The notes below the pieces were generated by a model. It made no database searches and was not told where the DNA came from. It saw only the letters and a list, made by a program, of their open reading frames with translations. From IMG/VR virus record IMGVR_UViG_3300038393_000909, positions 1 through 64,000 of that record: 64,000 bases of DNA; one strand, given 5' to 3'. This DNA comes from a virus. Below, one piece after another: positions 19,810-28,259 of this stretch. The position numbers and the translations under genes are program-made. Every line of letters starts with the position of its first letter. The stretch's first letter is position 1.

Positions 19810-20784
19810 ATGAGCGTGCAACTGACAGCCGAACAGGAGATCGTCCGCAACAGCATCCGTCAGTGGATTCGCGGCATCTGCGATAAGAAGGGCTACAAGC
19901 CCGCCAACCTCGCGAAGGAGAGCGATTTGTCCGCATCGACCGTGCTTCGTCTCCTGAACGATAGCGATTATCGTTGCACGCCAAGCATGACGACGCTGCA
20001 GAAGATCTCCTCTGCGACTGGGTACGCTCTTCCTGACTCCCTTCTTAATTCGAATGCGCCGTTCACGATCTACACCGGGGCGCAGCCGGGTCGTAAGAGC
20101 AACGCCGAGAAGGCGGCGCGTGAGACGCTCCATCTTCCCCGAGCTAAAGAGGCTCAGAGCGAGGAGGAGGTGATCGCGCAGAACGTCGAGCGCCTGAACA
20201 AGGGCATCGCCGAGCTAATGCCGAACAGAGATCGGACTGAGGTCTCCCATGGCACGGGTGCTGGCAAGGCTAAGGCCTTCGCTGACGCGGTCGTGAGCAG
20301 GGCGCGTCCGGCCGAGCGGGAGAATCCGGTCGAGGAACCCGCTCGGTTGAAGGCAGAGGTCGAGATCGAGCCTCAGCCGAGGGTATCCAACTCCGGTGCG
20401 CGCATGATCCCGCTCTACACCACGTCGGCGTTCCCGGCTTCGTTCCAGGCACGTCGAGGTGATACGAAGTCTCCGGTCACCGAGTGTCCTGAGATCCTTG
20501 GCGAGGACACCACGGCGTTCGCCGTGAAGATCGGCGACAACACCCTTGGCCCGGTGATCAAGCCCGGCTCCCTGGCGTTTGGTTCTCGGTATCGAGATCC
20601 TGCGGCGGGCGACACGGTCTATATACGTCGGACGGACGGGCGATCGTTCGTGCGTGTCTGTGCCGACATCAATGAGAACGGTGTCGTTGTCGTAGACGGG
20701 AGTCGAAACGAGACGCTTATAGCTTTCGATGACATCGAGGATGTGGGTGTGATCGGACTCGTCGAGATGGTCGGGTTCTTCTAG
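19810..20784 (+). CDS. CI-like repressor: XRE HTH + long linker + degenerate S24 domain
   Basis: ANLAKESDLSASTVLRLLN HTH; FAVKIGDNTLGP..PGS..DPAAGDTV C-terminal domain. Confidence 0.75.
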   Translation: MSVQLTAEQEIVRNSIRQWIRGICDKKGYKPANLAKESDLSASTVLRLLNDSDYRCTPSMTTLQKISSATGYALPDSLLNSNAPFTIYTGAQPGRKSNAEKAARETLHLPRAKEAQSEEEVIAQNVERLNKGIAELMPNRDRTEVSHGTGAGKAKAFADAVVSRARPAERENPVEEPARLKAEVEIEPQPRVSNSGARMIPLYTTSAFPASFQARRGDTKSPVTECPEILGEDTTAFAVKIGDNTLGPVIKPGSLAFGSRYRDPAAGDTVYIRRTDGRSFVRVCADINENGVVVVDGSRNETLIAFDDIEDVGVIGLVEMVGFF

Positions 20785-20864
20785 GCCGTTTGCATGTTTG
20801 CTTGAATTCAAGCGCGTCGCAAACGGAGTTGCGCTACTGCAAACGCTGAGCGCAAATGCGCAAA

Positions 20865-20896
20865 GCCCTCGCCCTAACCGGCGGGGGTTTTTCTTT
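20865..20896 (+). terminator. rho-independent terminator
   Basis: GCCCTCGCC-loop-GGCGGGGGT followed by TTTTCTTT. Confidence 0.75.
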
Positions 20897-20962
20897 GTCC
20901 ACAGGGTTGGAACGGCTTGCTGCCTGTTTGCATTAGTTGTAACGAAGGGGAGGAGGTGGCCG

Positions 20963-21826
20963 ATGCAAATCAACATGCGCCGTTTGGTCGGCGTCGGTAT
21001 GAGCCAGGAGGTTCGCGAGGCACGCCAGGGCTGCATCGGTGGCTCGGACGCCCGTATCATCATGTCGGGCGATCAGAAGGCGATCGAGACCCTGTGGCGT
21101 GAGAAGCGCGGTGAGAAGGTGCCCAAGGATCTCTCCGAGGTCATCCTCGTCCAGCTCGGCAACGTCACCGAGAACCTGAACCTCGCCGTGTTCGAGGGGC
21201 AGACCGGTTCATTCGTTGCGGGCGAGCAGACACGGCCGGCGTACGAGGAATGGCCTATCGCCATGTCGACGCTCGACGGGCTCAAGTTTAATTCCCAGGA
21301 TGAATTCCTGGCTGGTGTCTCGCCGCTTGCAATCGTCGAGGCGAAGTTTGCCTTGCCGTTCCGGTGGACGCTGCAGACATCGATAGACAAGCACTACGCA
21401 CAAGTACAACATAACATGATGGTCACCGGTCTCAAACGTGGCTGGTTGTCTATCATCACGGGCGGTGGCCAGTACGCAAAGGTTGAGATCGAAGCTGACT
21501 ACTTCTACCAGATGGCGCTGCTCGATGCTGAGCAGGAGTTCTGGAAGTGTGTCGAGACTGGCCGGCGTCCTGGTGCACCTGAGATCGATGTACCTGTCCT
21601 TGAGGTCGTCGACGAACCGATAGACATGAGCACTAACAATGCCTTCGTTGATTTGGCTATCACTCTGCAGGAGACCTGTAAGTTCGCAGCTCAACATGAG
21701 AAGGCCAAGAAGGACATTAAGGAGTTGATGCCTAAGGGAGCCAAGATTGCGTTCGCAAGGGGCGTGACGATCTCCAGGGCTGTTAACGGGCGCATGACGG
21801 TCAAGGTAGACGGAGAAGCTGCGTGA
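20963..21826 (+). CDS. YqaJ/lambda-exonuclease-like recombination nuclease
   Basis: IGGSDA, LWREKRG, STLDG, EAK, YAQVQHNMMVTG. Confidence 0.88.
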   Translation: MQINMRRLVGVGMSQEVREARQGCIGGSDARIIMSGDQKAIETLWREKRGEKVPKDLSEVILVQLGNVTENLNLAVFEGQTGSFVAGEQTRPAYEEWPIAMSTLDGLKFNSQDEFLAGVSPLAIVEAKFALPFRWTLQTSIDKHYAQVQHNMMVTGLKRGWLSIITGGGQYAKVEIEADYFYQMALLDAEQEFWKCVETGRRPGAPEIDVPVLEVVDEPIDMSTNNAFVDLAITLQETCKFAAQHEKAKKDIKELMPKGAKIAFARGVTISRAVNGRMTVKVDGEAA

Positions 21827-22024
21827 TCCTGCCCCTGATCGTTTGCATTTCCGCATACATGGCTCTTGCTTTTGCCATGGCATTGGCATTAATTGGAATG
21901 GCAGGCGTCGCAGCGGACGCTGTCGGTATCCTCCCCTCCTCCCTGGTGGCGCCCTTCTACGGGTCGGCACTCATCGGAACGGCAGGGGCAAACATCATCG
22001 CACACAGTCTCTAAGGAGGACGCA

Positions 22025-22897
22025 GTGGCAGAGGTCAATTCCAACCTGAAGATCTGGGAGAAGGTCCAGCGCACTGACCCGAAGCGGACTAAGCCGTTCA
22101 AGGGTGCTGGTGGTTTCTCGGGTACAGCGATCAATGCAACCTACCTCGCACAGCGTGCGACCGAGGTGTTCGGTCCCATGGGCCTTGGCTGGGGCATGAA
22201 CATCATCGAGGAGAAGATCCTCGACTTCGGTGATGACAAGATCCACTCTCTGCGTGGCGAGCTGTGGTACGTTCTAGACGGCAAGACAGGATCGATCCAG
22301 CACTTCGGTCAGACGAAGATCTGCGGAAAGAACAAGCACGGTGCCTTCGTCGACGAGGATGCTCCGAAGAAATCACTCACCGACGTGATGTCGAAGTGTC
22401 TTAGCCTTCTCGGCTTCGGAGCTGACGTTCATCTTGGGCTCTATGATGACAACCGGTACGTGACGCATATCACGAACCAGATCGCTGATGAGCGCAGGGC
22501 TGCCCGTGAGGAATCTAAGGCTTCCAAGGATGCTGATGCCGAGCCCAAGGAAGATGCCAGCCAGGGTGATGGTGAGCAGCAGGCCAGCGACAACGTTGTC
22601 CCCCTGCAGCGCAAGGCCAAGGCTGAACCCGAGGTCCAGGCCGACCCGCAGACCGGTGAGATCGGGTCCGAGCCTCTCGACCTCGATGCCGAGATGACGG
22701 CGGCCGACGTGATCAAGAAGAAGATCGACGCCTACGACGATGCCAAGGCGCTCGGTGAGTACATGAACGATCGCGAGACCCAGGCGGACATGTTCCGTCT
22801 CGGCAAGGAAGTCCGTGAGCAGGTTCGTGACTACGCGATCAAGCGTCACGTCGAGCTGCGAGCCAAGGCGAAGGCCGCCGCCATCCCGGCCGAGTGA
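22025..22897 (+). CDS. single-strand annealing protein (Rad52/Sak-like)
   Basis: ATEVFGPMGLGWG, DEDAPKKSLTD..K..S.LGFGADV; lies next to the exonuclease. Confidence 0.7.
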   Translation: MAEVNSNLKIWEKVQRTDPKRTKPFKGAGGFSGTAINATYLAQRATEVFGPMGLGWGMNIIEEKILDFGDDKIHSLRGELWYVLDGKTGSIQHFGQTKICGKNKHGAFVDEDAPKKSLTDVMSKCLSLLGFGADVHLGLYDDNRYVTHITNQIADERRAAREESKASKDADAEPKEDASQGDGEQQASDNVVPLQRKAKAEPEVQADPQTGEIGSEPLDLDAEMTAADVIKKKIDAYDDAKALGEYMNDRETQADMFRLGKEVREQVRDYAIKRHVELRAKAKAAAIPAE

Positions 22898-23277
22898 GGA
22901 GACCTGACATGTCCAAGCCAACCGCAGAGAACCTGATCGCCGCCGAGGTGGAGCGCCAGCGCGCCATGTGGGGCGAGAGCAATGAGCGGGCCGATGCCAG
23001 CCAGGGTGAATTGATGCATGCCGCCATGGCGCAGCTCGACGCCCTGTACGACAAGCAGGCCGGCATCGGTGATGCCTTCGACGCCCCGCCGGCTGTCTAC
23101 CCGCTGAGCTGGGGTGGTTTCCGGGACTACGGTAGCGACATCGCCAACCTCGTGGTCGCCGTCGCCTTCCTGACCAACGAGATCGCTCGGAAGCTGCGGG
23201 CCGGCGAGGACTACACCCGCAAGTCGCGTAACCCGGATACGCAGCCATACACGGCCGACCAGCCGGCAGCGGTCTGA
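22894..23277 (+). CDS. hypothetical protein
   Basis: ORF track. Confidence 0.6.
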   Translation: MRRPDMSKPTAENLIAAEVERQRAMWGESNERADASQGELMHAAMAQLDALYDKQAGIGDAFDAPPAVYPLSWGGFRDYGSDIANLVVAVAFLTNEIARKLRAGEDYTRKSRNPDTQPYTADQPAAV

Positions 23278-23776
23278 GGCAGTTATGGGCGCACCGGTCC
23301 TTACGGGAAGGCGGCGCTACCGGATTCAGAAGCGGGTGTTTCGCCATCCGCTCCTGGTCCTGCAGCTCGAGGTCCAGGGCCTGCGGTGCCGCTACGCAGG
23401 CTTCGTCGACTGTGAGTACGAGCGCTGGTGGATCGATGCGGGTCCAGAGCACATCACCATCACCGGGGAATCGAAGTGACACCGCAGTCGGAGATCATCG
23501 GGTTCGAGCGGAAGATCGAGCTGATGCGGGAGCTGGGAGATCTGAGTGTGGAGCCGGTTGCCCCATTCCACTGGCTGGTAAAACACGTCTACGTGATCAT
23601 CGACCATCCCGACGGCTCGAGTACCGTGCCACAGGGGCAGGATACGAATCCGTATGGGGCGATCGAGAACCATTTCGCGATCCTCACGCAGCCCGGTGTG
23701 CATGTCATGACAGGGAAGCCGGACCGCTTGGTCGAGTGGGACCGGATCGGATGGCGAGACATCATCTAGATGCCAA

Positions 23777-23804
23777 GCGCAAGATAATGCGGCTTAGCTT
23801 GCGT
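23777..23804. other. 11-6-11 inverted repeat, dif/Xer-core-like site
   Basis: GCGCAAGATAA-TGCGGC-TTAGCTTGCGT shortly after a stop codon. Confidence 0.35.
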
Positions 23805-23829
23805 TCGGAATGACCCCGAGGAGGATGAG

Positions 23830-24096
23830 ATGAGCGAGTTATCCGAGATCCCCGACAACCCGCCCGGCTACGGCGACACCGTAGGACGCTGCATCTCGTT
23901 TGACCTTGGCAAGGTGCTCGCGGATGCGATGCGCTTCTGTGACCTAGCTGCCGGCGAGGGCCTGATGCTCAGGCATGATGCGGGCTTCTATCTGGACGCT
24001 GCCGACATCTGCGTGGAGTTCGCCAAGGCGTCGGGTGTTGAGCTTGGCTCACCGGAATACGAGGCGGCCGTCGCGGCGCTTGCGCGCAGCGCATAG
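23830..24096 (+). CDS. hypothetical protein
   Basis: GAGGAGG RBS. Confidence 0.6.
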   Translation: MSELSEIPDNPPGYGDTVGRCISFDLGKVLADAMRFCDLAAGEGLMLRHDAGFYLDAADICVEFAKASGVELGSPEYEAAVAALARSA

Positions 24097-24104
24097 GCCC
24101 GGCC

Positions 24105-24132
24105 TGTCGGCAAAACGGTCCTTATGCCGACA
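24105..24132. repeat. 28-bp res-site-I-like palindrome A1
   Basis: TGTCGGCAAAAC-GGTC-CTTATGCCGACA. Confidence 0.7.
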
Positions 24133-24153
24133 CAGAGGGGCATCGAACTTTTT

Positions 24154-24207
24154 TAGGGCAAATGGCCCTCATGCCCGTTGACAGGGTAGGGCAGATGGCC
24201 CTATAAC
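24154..24207 (+). promoter_or_regulatory. sigma70 promoter overlapped by two TAGGGCA(A/G)ATGGCCCT operators
   Basis: TTGACA 24178-24183, N18, TATAAC 24202-24207; operators at 24154-24169 and 24187-24203. Confidence 0.8.
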
Positions 24208-24251
24208 AGGTTCATCAGCAAGGGCGAATGAGCCCGGCGATGGAGAGCAAG

Positions 24252-24479
24252 ATGACCAAGCGCACTTTCCGGGTCGAGCAGGCTTTCGAATACGGGATCG
24301 GCAACGGCGTCAACGGCGCGGGCCGTCGCCCGAAGGTCACCGGCTTCTACGTCATTGAGAACGAGACCGGCCGGAAGGTGATCGGCGTCACCGCTTCCAG
24401 CATGAAGCCCGCCGCCGTTGATTGGGCTCGCAACAAGGCCGAGCAGCACCTCGACCATATCAGCCGGATGTACGCCTAA
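24252..24479 (+). CDS. hypothetical protein
   Basis: First gene after the promoter, GGAG RBS. Confidence 0.6.
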   Translation: MTKRTFRVEQAFEYGIGNGVNGAGRRPKVTGFYVIENETGRKVIGVTASSMKPAAVDWARNKAEQHLDHISRMYA

Positions 24480-24534
24480 CCACGCAACCGGGCGGGCTCA
24501 GACCCGCCCAACCTCTCATTCGAGGAGATGCGAA

Positions 24535-24732
24535 ATGCCGATGGATCGGTGGGGCTACTACGACGAGCAGGAGGCGCAGGCGCTCGACGCGCGAAACAAG
24601 CGCCTCGTCGAGCGGCTGAAAGCCGGCCTGCCAGACGACACGGCCGAACGGCTGGAACTCGCCAGACAGCGGGCCGCCGGAAACGAGTTCTACGCCCAGG
24701 CGCAAGCGGACAGTGAGATCCCGCTTGATTGA
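24535..24732 (+). CDS. hypothetical protein
   Basis: GAGGAG RBS. Confidence 0.55.
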   Translation: MPMDRWGYYDEQEAQALDARNKRLVERLKAGLPDDTAERLELARQRAAGNEFYAQAQADSEIPLD

Positions 24733-24907
24733 TGATCAATGGCACGTCGAAGTTGAGCAACTCCGCGCCGCGCACCGGGCCGCCGAGGCGCTGATCTATT
24801 CCCTGTTGGGCGACGAAGACGACGAGGACGAGCAAGCCAAGAAATTGCTCGCTTGGTCTAACGCCGCAGCAGCGCTCGACCACTCTACCACCGAGGAGAA
24901 TTAGGCG

Positions 24908-25102
24908 ATGGGCCAGATTGATCGAACCAAGCTCGCGAAGCTCGATGGGCTGATCCAAGACCTGCTCGACGAGATCGAGGACGCGGGCGAAGACGATGTG
25001 GCGGCCGAAGCGCTGTTCGAGCCGCTGAGCCAAGCAAGCGCGGCCCTGCATGCGGTCCTGACAACCTACGCAGTTCTGACGATGCCGCCCGCCAATGGCT
25101 GA
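24908..25102 (+). CDS. hypothetical protein
   Basis: GAGGAG RBS. Confidence 0.55.
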   Translation: MGQIDRTKLAKLDGLIQDLLDEIEDAGEDDVAAEALFEPLSQASAALHAVLTTYAVLTMPPANG

Positions 25103-25316
25103 CCGGCGCATCTACAGCCTCGACGAGCTTGAGGCCATGGCCGCACCTGACGGCACGCGCGGCGACTACCGCAGCGCCTCCGCCTGCCGAGCCCATCGCG
25201 ACGGTGACTGCTTCTGGGCGAAGTGCCCGCAGATTGCCGACGACGAGCCGAACGCTACTGGGCGCCACTGCCCTTTGGACGAGCCGCCGTTCCGGGCGGG
25301 GGACGAGGACGAATGA
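25095..25316 (+). CDS. small Cys/His-rich protein
   Basis: CRAHRDGDCFWAKCPQ..GRHCPLD. Confidence 0.6.
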   Translation: MADRRIYSLDELEAMAAPDGTRGDYRSASACRAHRDGDCFWAKCPQIADDEPNATGRHCPLDEPPFRAGDEDE

Positions 25317-25555
25317 CCGCCGCCCAGCTCCGCGACGCCCTCAAGTCGCTCGGGCTCTCGCAATCAGCGGGAGCCCGCCTCCTCGGCGTGGACGGCAGGA
25401 CCATGCGCCGCTGGTGCGCCGAGCCCGGCCCGAGCGCCCGCGAGGTGCCGCCGCCCGTCGCCCGGTTCCTCTGGCTCATGCAGGCCGCCGGGATCGGCCC
25501 CGCCGAGGTGGAGCGGCTTCTGGAGCCGTTCCTTCGCGAAACCGAAACCCCGTGA
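25313..25555 (+). CDS. XRE-like HTH regulator
   Basis: MTAAQLRDALKSLGLSQSAGARLLGVDGRTMRRW. Confidence 0.8.
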   Translation: MTAAQLRDALKSLGLSQSAGARLLGVDGRTMRRWCAEPGPSAREVPPPVARFLWLMQAAGIGPAEVERLLEPFLRETETP

Positions 25556-25575
25556 AAACGGCCGAATACCCGACA
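25548..25575. repeat. 28-bp res-site-I-like palindrome A2
   Basis: CCCCGTGAAAAC-GGCC-GAATACCCGACA, overlapping the HTH stop codon. Confidence 0.65.
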
Positions 25576-25585
25576 TCAGGAGAAG

Positions 25586-25927
25586 GTGATGAGTGAGCAC
25601 ACGCCGGGGCCTTGGTGCAACATGATTGGCAACGCCATCGGGGCCTATGGCAGCGTCGATACCTATGGCGGCGCAGTGCTGATCCCCGTCGCGCGCGTCG
25701 AGCAGACCGGAGAACAACAGGATAGCGACGGGCGCGTCTTCACGCTCGGCGGCTCCAGTGAGGCAAACGCCCGGTTGATCGCTGCCGCGCCCGATCTGCT
25801 CGCGGCGCTCAAATCCGCCCGCGCTCAGCTTGAGAGCTACGAGGAAGCTCGCAGCGGCGAAAGCTACAACGACACGCAGATCAATGCCGCCATCGCCAAG
25901 GCCGAGGGCAGCGACCACAACATCTAG
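25586..25927 (+). CDS. HTPGPW...ANARLIAAAP family protein (cassette between A2 and A3)
   Basis: Motif pair; RBS directly after site A2. Confidence 0.75.
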   Translation: MMSEHTPGPWCNMIGNAIGAYGSVDTYGGAVLIPVARVEQTGEQQDSDGRVFTLGGSSEANARLIAAAPDLLAALKSARAQLESYEEARSGESYNDTQINAAIAKAEGSDHNI

Positions 25928-25929
25928 TG

Positions 25930-25957
25930 TGTCGGGATACTGGTCGTTTTCACGACA
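25930..25957. repeat. 28-bp res-site-I-like palindrome A3
   Basis: TGTCGGGATACT-GGTC-GTTTTCACGACA, 2 bp after a stop codon. Confidence 0.7.
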
Positions 25958-25977
25958 TCGAAAATGGAGGCCAAGCT

Positions 25978-26268
25978 ATGAGCGATCATAATTATGTCGT
26001 TGGACGTGTCGTGTTCGGCAGCGTCTCGGACAGTCTCTATCGCGAGGCACTAAAGCAGCGTGACAACGAAACGGCACGGGCCAGCGAGAGCGTGGCTGAA
26101 GTGGCTCGCTTGCGCGCCGAGAACGCCCGGTTGCGCGAGGCGCTAGAGGAGGTCCGCGATTGGCATCCGATGTTCAATGGCGGAGTAAAGCGCGACACAG
26201 CGGAAGATCTCGTCGGCTATATCAAGTACCTCCAGGGTGTCGCGTACAACGCGCTAGTAAAACCCTGA
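25978..26268 (+). CDS. hypothetical protein (cassette between A3 and A4)
   Basis: GGAGG RBS after A3. Confidence 0.65.
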   Translation: MSDHNYVVGRVVFGSVSDSLYREALKQRDNETARASESVAEVARLRAENARLREALEEVRDWHPMFNGGVKRDTAEDLVGYIKYLQGVAYNALVKP

Positions 26269-26269
26269 G

Positions 26270-26297
26270 CGTCGGAAAACTGGCCGTTTTCCCGACA
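26270..26297. repeat. 28-bp res-site-I-like palindrome A4 (extra half-sites at 26342 and 26370)
   Basis: CGTCGGAAAACT-GGCC-GTTTTCCCGACA, 1 bp after a stop codon. Confidence 0.72.
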
Positions 26298-26385
26298 TCG
26301 CGCCGGGTCGGTCCCGGAGCCCATCAAAACAGCCCCGATCCTGTCGGGAAAACGTGTCAGCCTATCAAATGTCGGAGAAACGGTA

Positions 26386-26622
26386 ATGGCGAGCAATCCC
26401 GACGACATCTTCGGACCTTGGGATGGGCCGCCCGATCTGGTGAGCGCCATTGCAGCCGAGGTCATGGGCTTGAAGTGGACCCGTGCCGACACCGAGGACG
26501 AACACTGCGACCGCTACGGCGAGGTGCAGGAGGTCGTTGCCGCGACCATCGCCCGGATGCTGGCCGAGCACCCGACGCACGATTTCCTAGCGGCCTTCTC
26601 CCCCGCCCCGGCCGGGGAGTGA
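26386..26622 (+). CDS. hypothetical protein
   Basis: Stop codon abuts empty site S0. Confidence 0.6.
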   Translation: MASNPDDIFGPWDGPPDLVSAIAAEVMGLKWTRADTEDEHCDRYGEVQEVVAATIARMLAEHPTHDFLAAFSPAPAGE

Positions 26623-26647
26623 GACGGAGACGGTATCCCCCATACCA
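26623..26647. other. empty att-like core site S0
   Basis: GACGGA-gacggta-TCCCCCATACCA. Confidence 0.75.
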
Positions 26648-26664
26648 GCAACAGGAGAGCGAAA

Positions 26665-26829
26665 ATGGAACAGCACAAGATCATCGAAGCGGCAGACACG
26701 CCCGGCAGCATTGGCCCCGGCGACATCGCCCTCACGATCCAATGGCCAGACGGCACGGAGACCGTCGAGCACGTCTCAGAGCAGGCCGCACGGGTGCTCG
26801 GGTACACCTATCCCGACGAGGACGAGTGA
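26665..26829 (+). CDS. 54-aa hypothetical cassette gene X1
   Basis: AGGAG RBS; MEQHKIIEAADTPGSIGPGDIALTIQWPDG... Confidence 0.65.
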   Translation: MEQHKIIEAADTPGSIGPGDIALTIQWPDGTETVEHVSEQAARVLGYTYPDEDE

Positions 26830-26835
26830 GACGGA

Positions 26836-27278
26836 TGGGATTGCGGACATTTCGGCAAGTATTGCTGAGGAGCATTAAATGAAAGCGGCGCACCTTGAAT
26901 ATCTGAAACGTATTGCGACCGATTTAGACCAGATTGGCGCCACAGGCAGAGCTAACCAATTACGGTATATCATCGGTCAACTGTCCGCCCAATCCGCCGC
27001 GCATGATAGGGCCGATGTTGGGGCCGGATGGGTGCTCGTTCCAGCGGAACCGATGCCGGAAATGGTTGCCGCATGGTGGCGCGTAAAGAACACCGGCTCG
27101 ACGGAGCCGGGCGAGACCGGCGAGGATCGCAGCGATTGCGCCGCATACCGGGCGATGGTCGCCGCCGCACCTCGACCGCCGGCAAAAGTTGGGGCCTGAG
27201 TTGGGGCCGGGCCGTTATGGGTTATCCCATAACGAAATTACTTCAACGGCTTAGCGAAGATTTCCGATTTCTGGGATT
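26836..27278 (+). mobile_element. mini integrative element E1 (duplicated 7-mer TGGGATT)
   Basis: 7-mer at 26836-26842 and 27272-27278; arm pairs at 27005/27017 and 27188/27200; IHF-like box at 27239-27256. Confidence 0.75.
26879..27199 (+). CDS. E1 cargo ORF (WVLVPAEP..EM..YRAMVAAAP domain)
   Basis: GAGGAG RBS; reads through the arm repeats. Confidence 0.65.
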   Translation: MKAAHLEYLKRIATDLDQIGATGRANQLRYIIGQLSAQSAAHDRADVGAGWVLVPAEPMPEMVAAWWRVKNTGSTEPGETGEDRSDCAAYRAMVAAAPRPPAKVGA

Positions 27279-27302
27279 TCCCCCATACCAAGAGAGGAAG
27301 CT

Positions 27303-27590
27303 ATGACGGCCTTAGAATACCTCAATGAGGCGGCCACGCCCGGCCAATGGTTCGCCGGGCATTGGGGCGGCCAGTGCCATAAGAAGCACAGCCACTCGGG
27401 CCGAGGTGGTGCCGATCCGTGTGTCTATGAACCTGTTCGGTATGACGGCCCCGAGAACGGCATAGCGACAGAGGATGGCAGATCTGTCCTTGCGAGTAGC
27501 TATGACGGGTTCGAGATGCTGCCTGCCAATGTCGAGTTCGTCGTCGCGCTCGTGAATGCTTTCCGATCCGGCAAGCTCGTGGAGCGGTAG
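27303..27590 (+). CDS. hypothetical cassette gene X2 (ATPGQW..NVEFVVALVNA)
   Basis: GAGG RBS after CCCCCATACCA. Confidence 0.7.
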   Translation: MTALEYLNEAATPGQWFAGHWGGQCHKKHSHSGRGGADPCVYEPVRYDGPENGIATEDGRSVLASSYDGFEMLPANVEFVVALVNAFRSGKLVER

Positions 27591-27603
27591 GCAATTCGAC
27601 GGA

Positions 27604-28079
27604 AGCGATCACGGGCAATTCGGCAAGCATTACACGGGAGTGACAAGTTATGGCGGCTGACCTCGCAGAACTCCGAAGGATGTGCGGAGAATTGGACAAC
27701 CGCGGATACAGTGCGGAAGCGCAAGAGTTTCGCGAGGCCATCGCCGAAATCTCCGCCCTACGCGCCGCGCAGGTTGGGGCCGGTGATGGGGCCGGATGGA
27801 AACCGATTGAGACAGCGCCGAAGTGTGGCAAGCGCATCATCGGATGGGTGCCAGGGTGGGAATACGCCCGCTGCTACGCATTCGTCACAGCCGGCGGCGA
27901 ACCGTTCGGGTGGCGCAACGAAGCCGGTCGCGTGATGGAACACGAACAGCCGACCCATTGGCTGCCGTGGCCCGAACCGCCGCCCGCTGTTGGGGCCGAT
28001 GTTGGGACCGGCACTGATCTACCCGCGTCTGCCTCCTGATACTTCAAGGGCTTAGCGGACATTTCAGGAAGTAGCGATC
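27604..28079 (+). mobile_element. mini integrative element E2 (duplicated 7-mer AGCGATC)
   Basis: 7-mer at 27604-27610 and 28073-28079; arm pairs at 27773/27785 and 27989/28001; IHF-like box at 28040-28057. Confidence 0.75.
27650..28039 (+). CDS. E2 cargo ORF with DUF551-like domain
   Basis: WKPIETAPK...PTHWLPWPEPP. Confidence 0.7.
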   Translation: MAADLAELRRMCGELDNRGYSAEAQEFREAIAEISALRAAQVGAGDGAGWKPIETAPKCGKRIIGWVPGWEYARCYAFVTAGGEPFGWRNEAGRVMEHEQPTHWLPWPEPPPAVGADVGTGTDLPASAS

Positions 28080-28103
28080 CCCCCCATACCAAGCGAGGAA
28101 GCG

Positions 28104-28250
28104 ATGAGCGACGAAACGAAGGCCAAGCTGATCTCTGAGCTTGCCCAACTTCTAGAGGCTCTGCGGACAGGCGAGCTGGACCATTTCGATGTCGGAGACT
28201 GGCTTGAGGATAACGGCAGCCGCGTGCTCGCCGCGCTCAAGGCCGAATAG
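28104..28250 (+). CDS. 48-aa hypothetical cassette gene X3
   Basis: GAGG RBS; MSDETKAKLISELAQLLEALRTGELDHFDVGDWLEDNG... Confidence 0.65.
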   Translation: MSDETKAKLISELAQLLEALRTGELDHFDVGDWLEDNGSRVLAALKAE

Positions 28251-28259
28251 TTCGACGGA

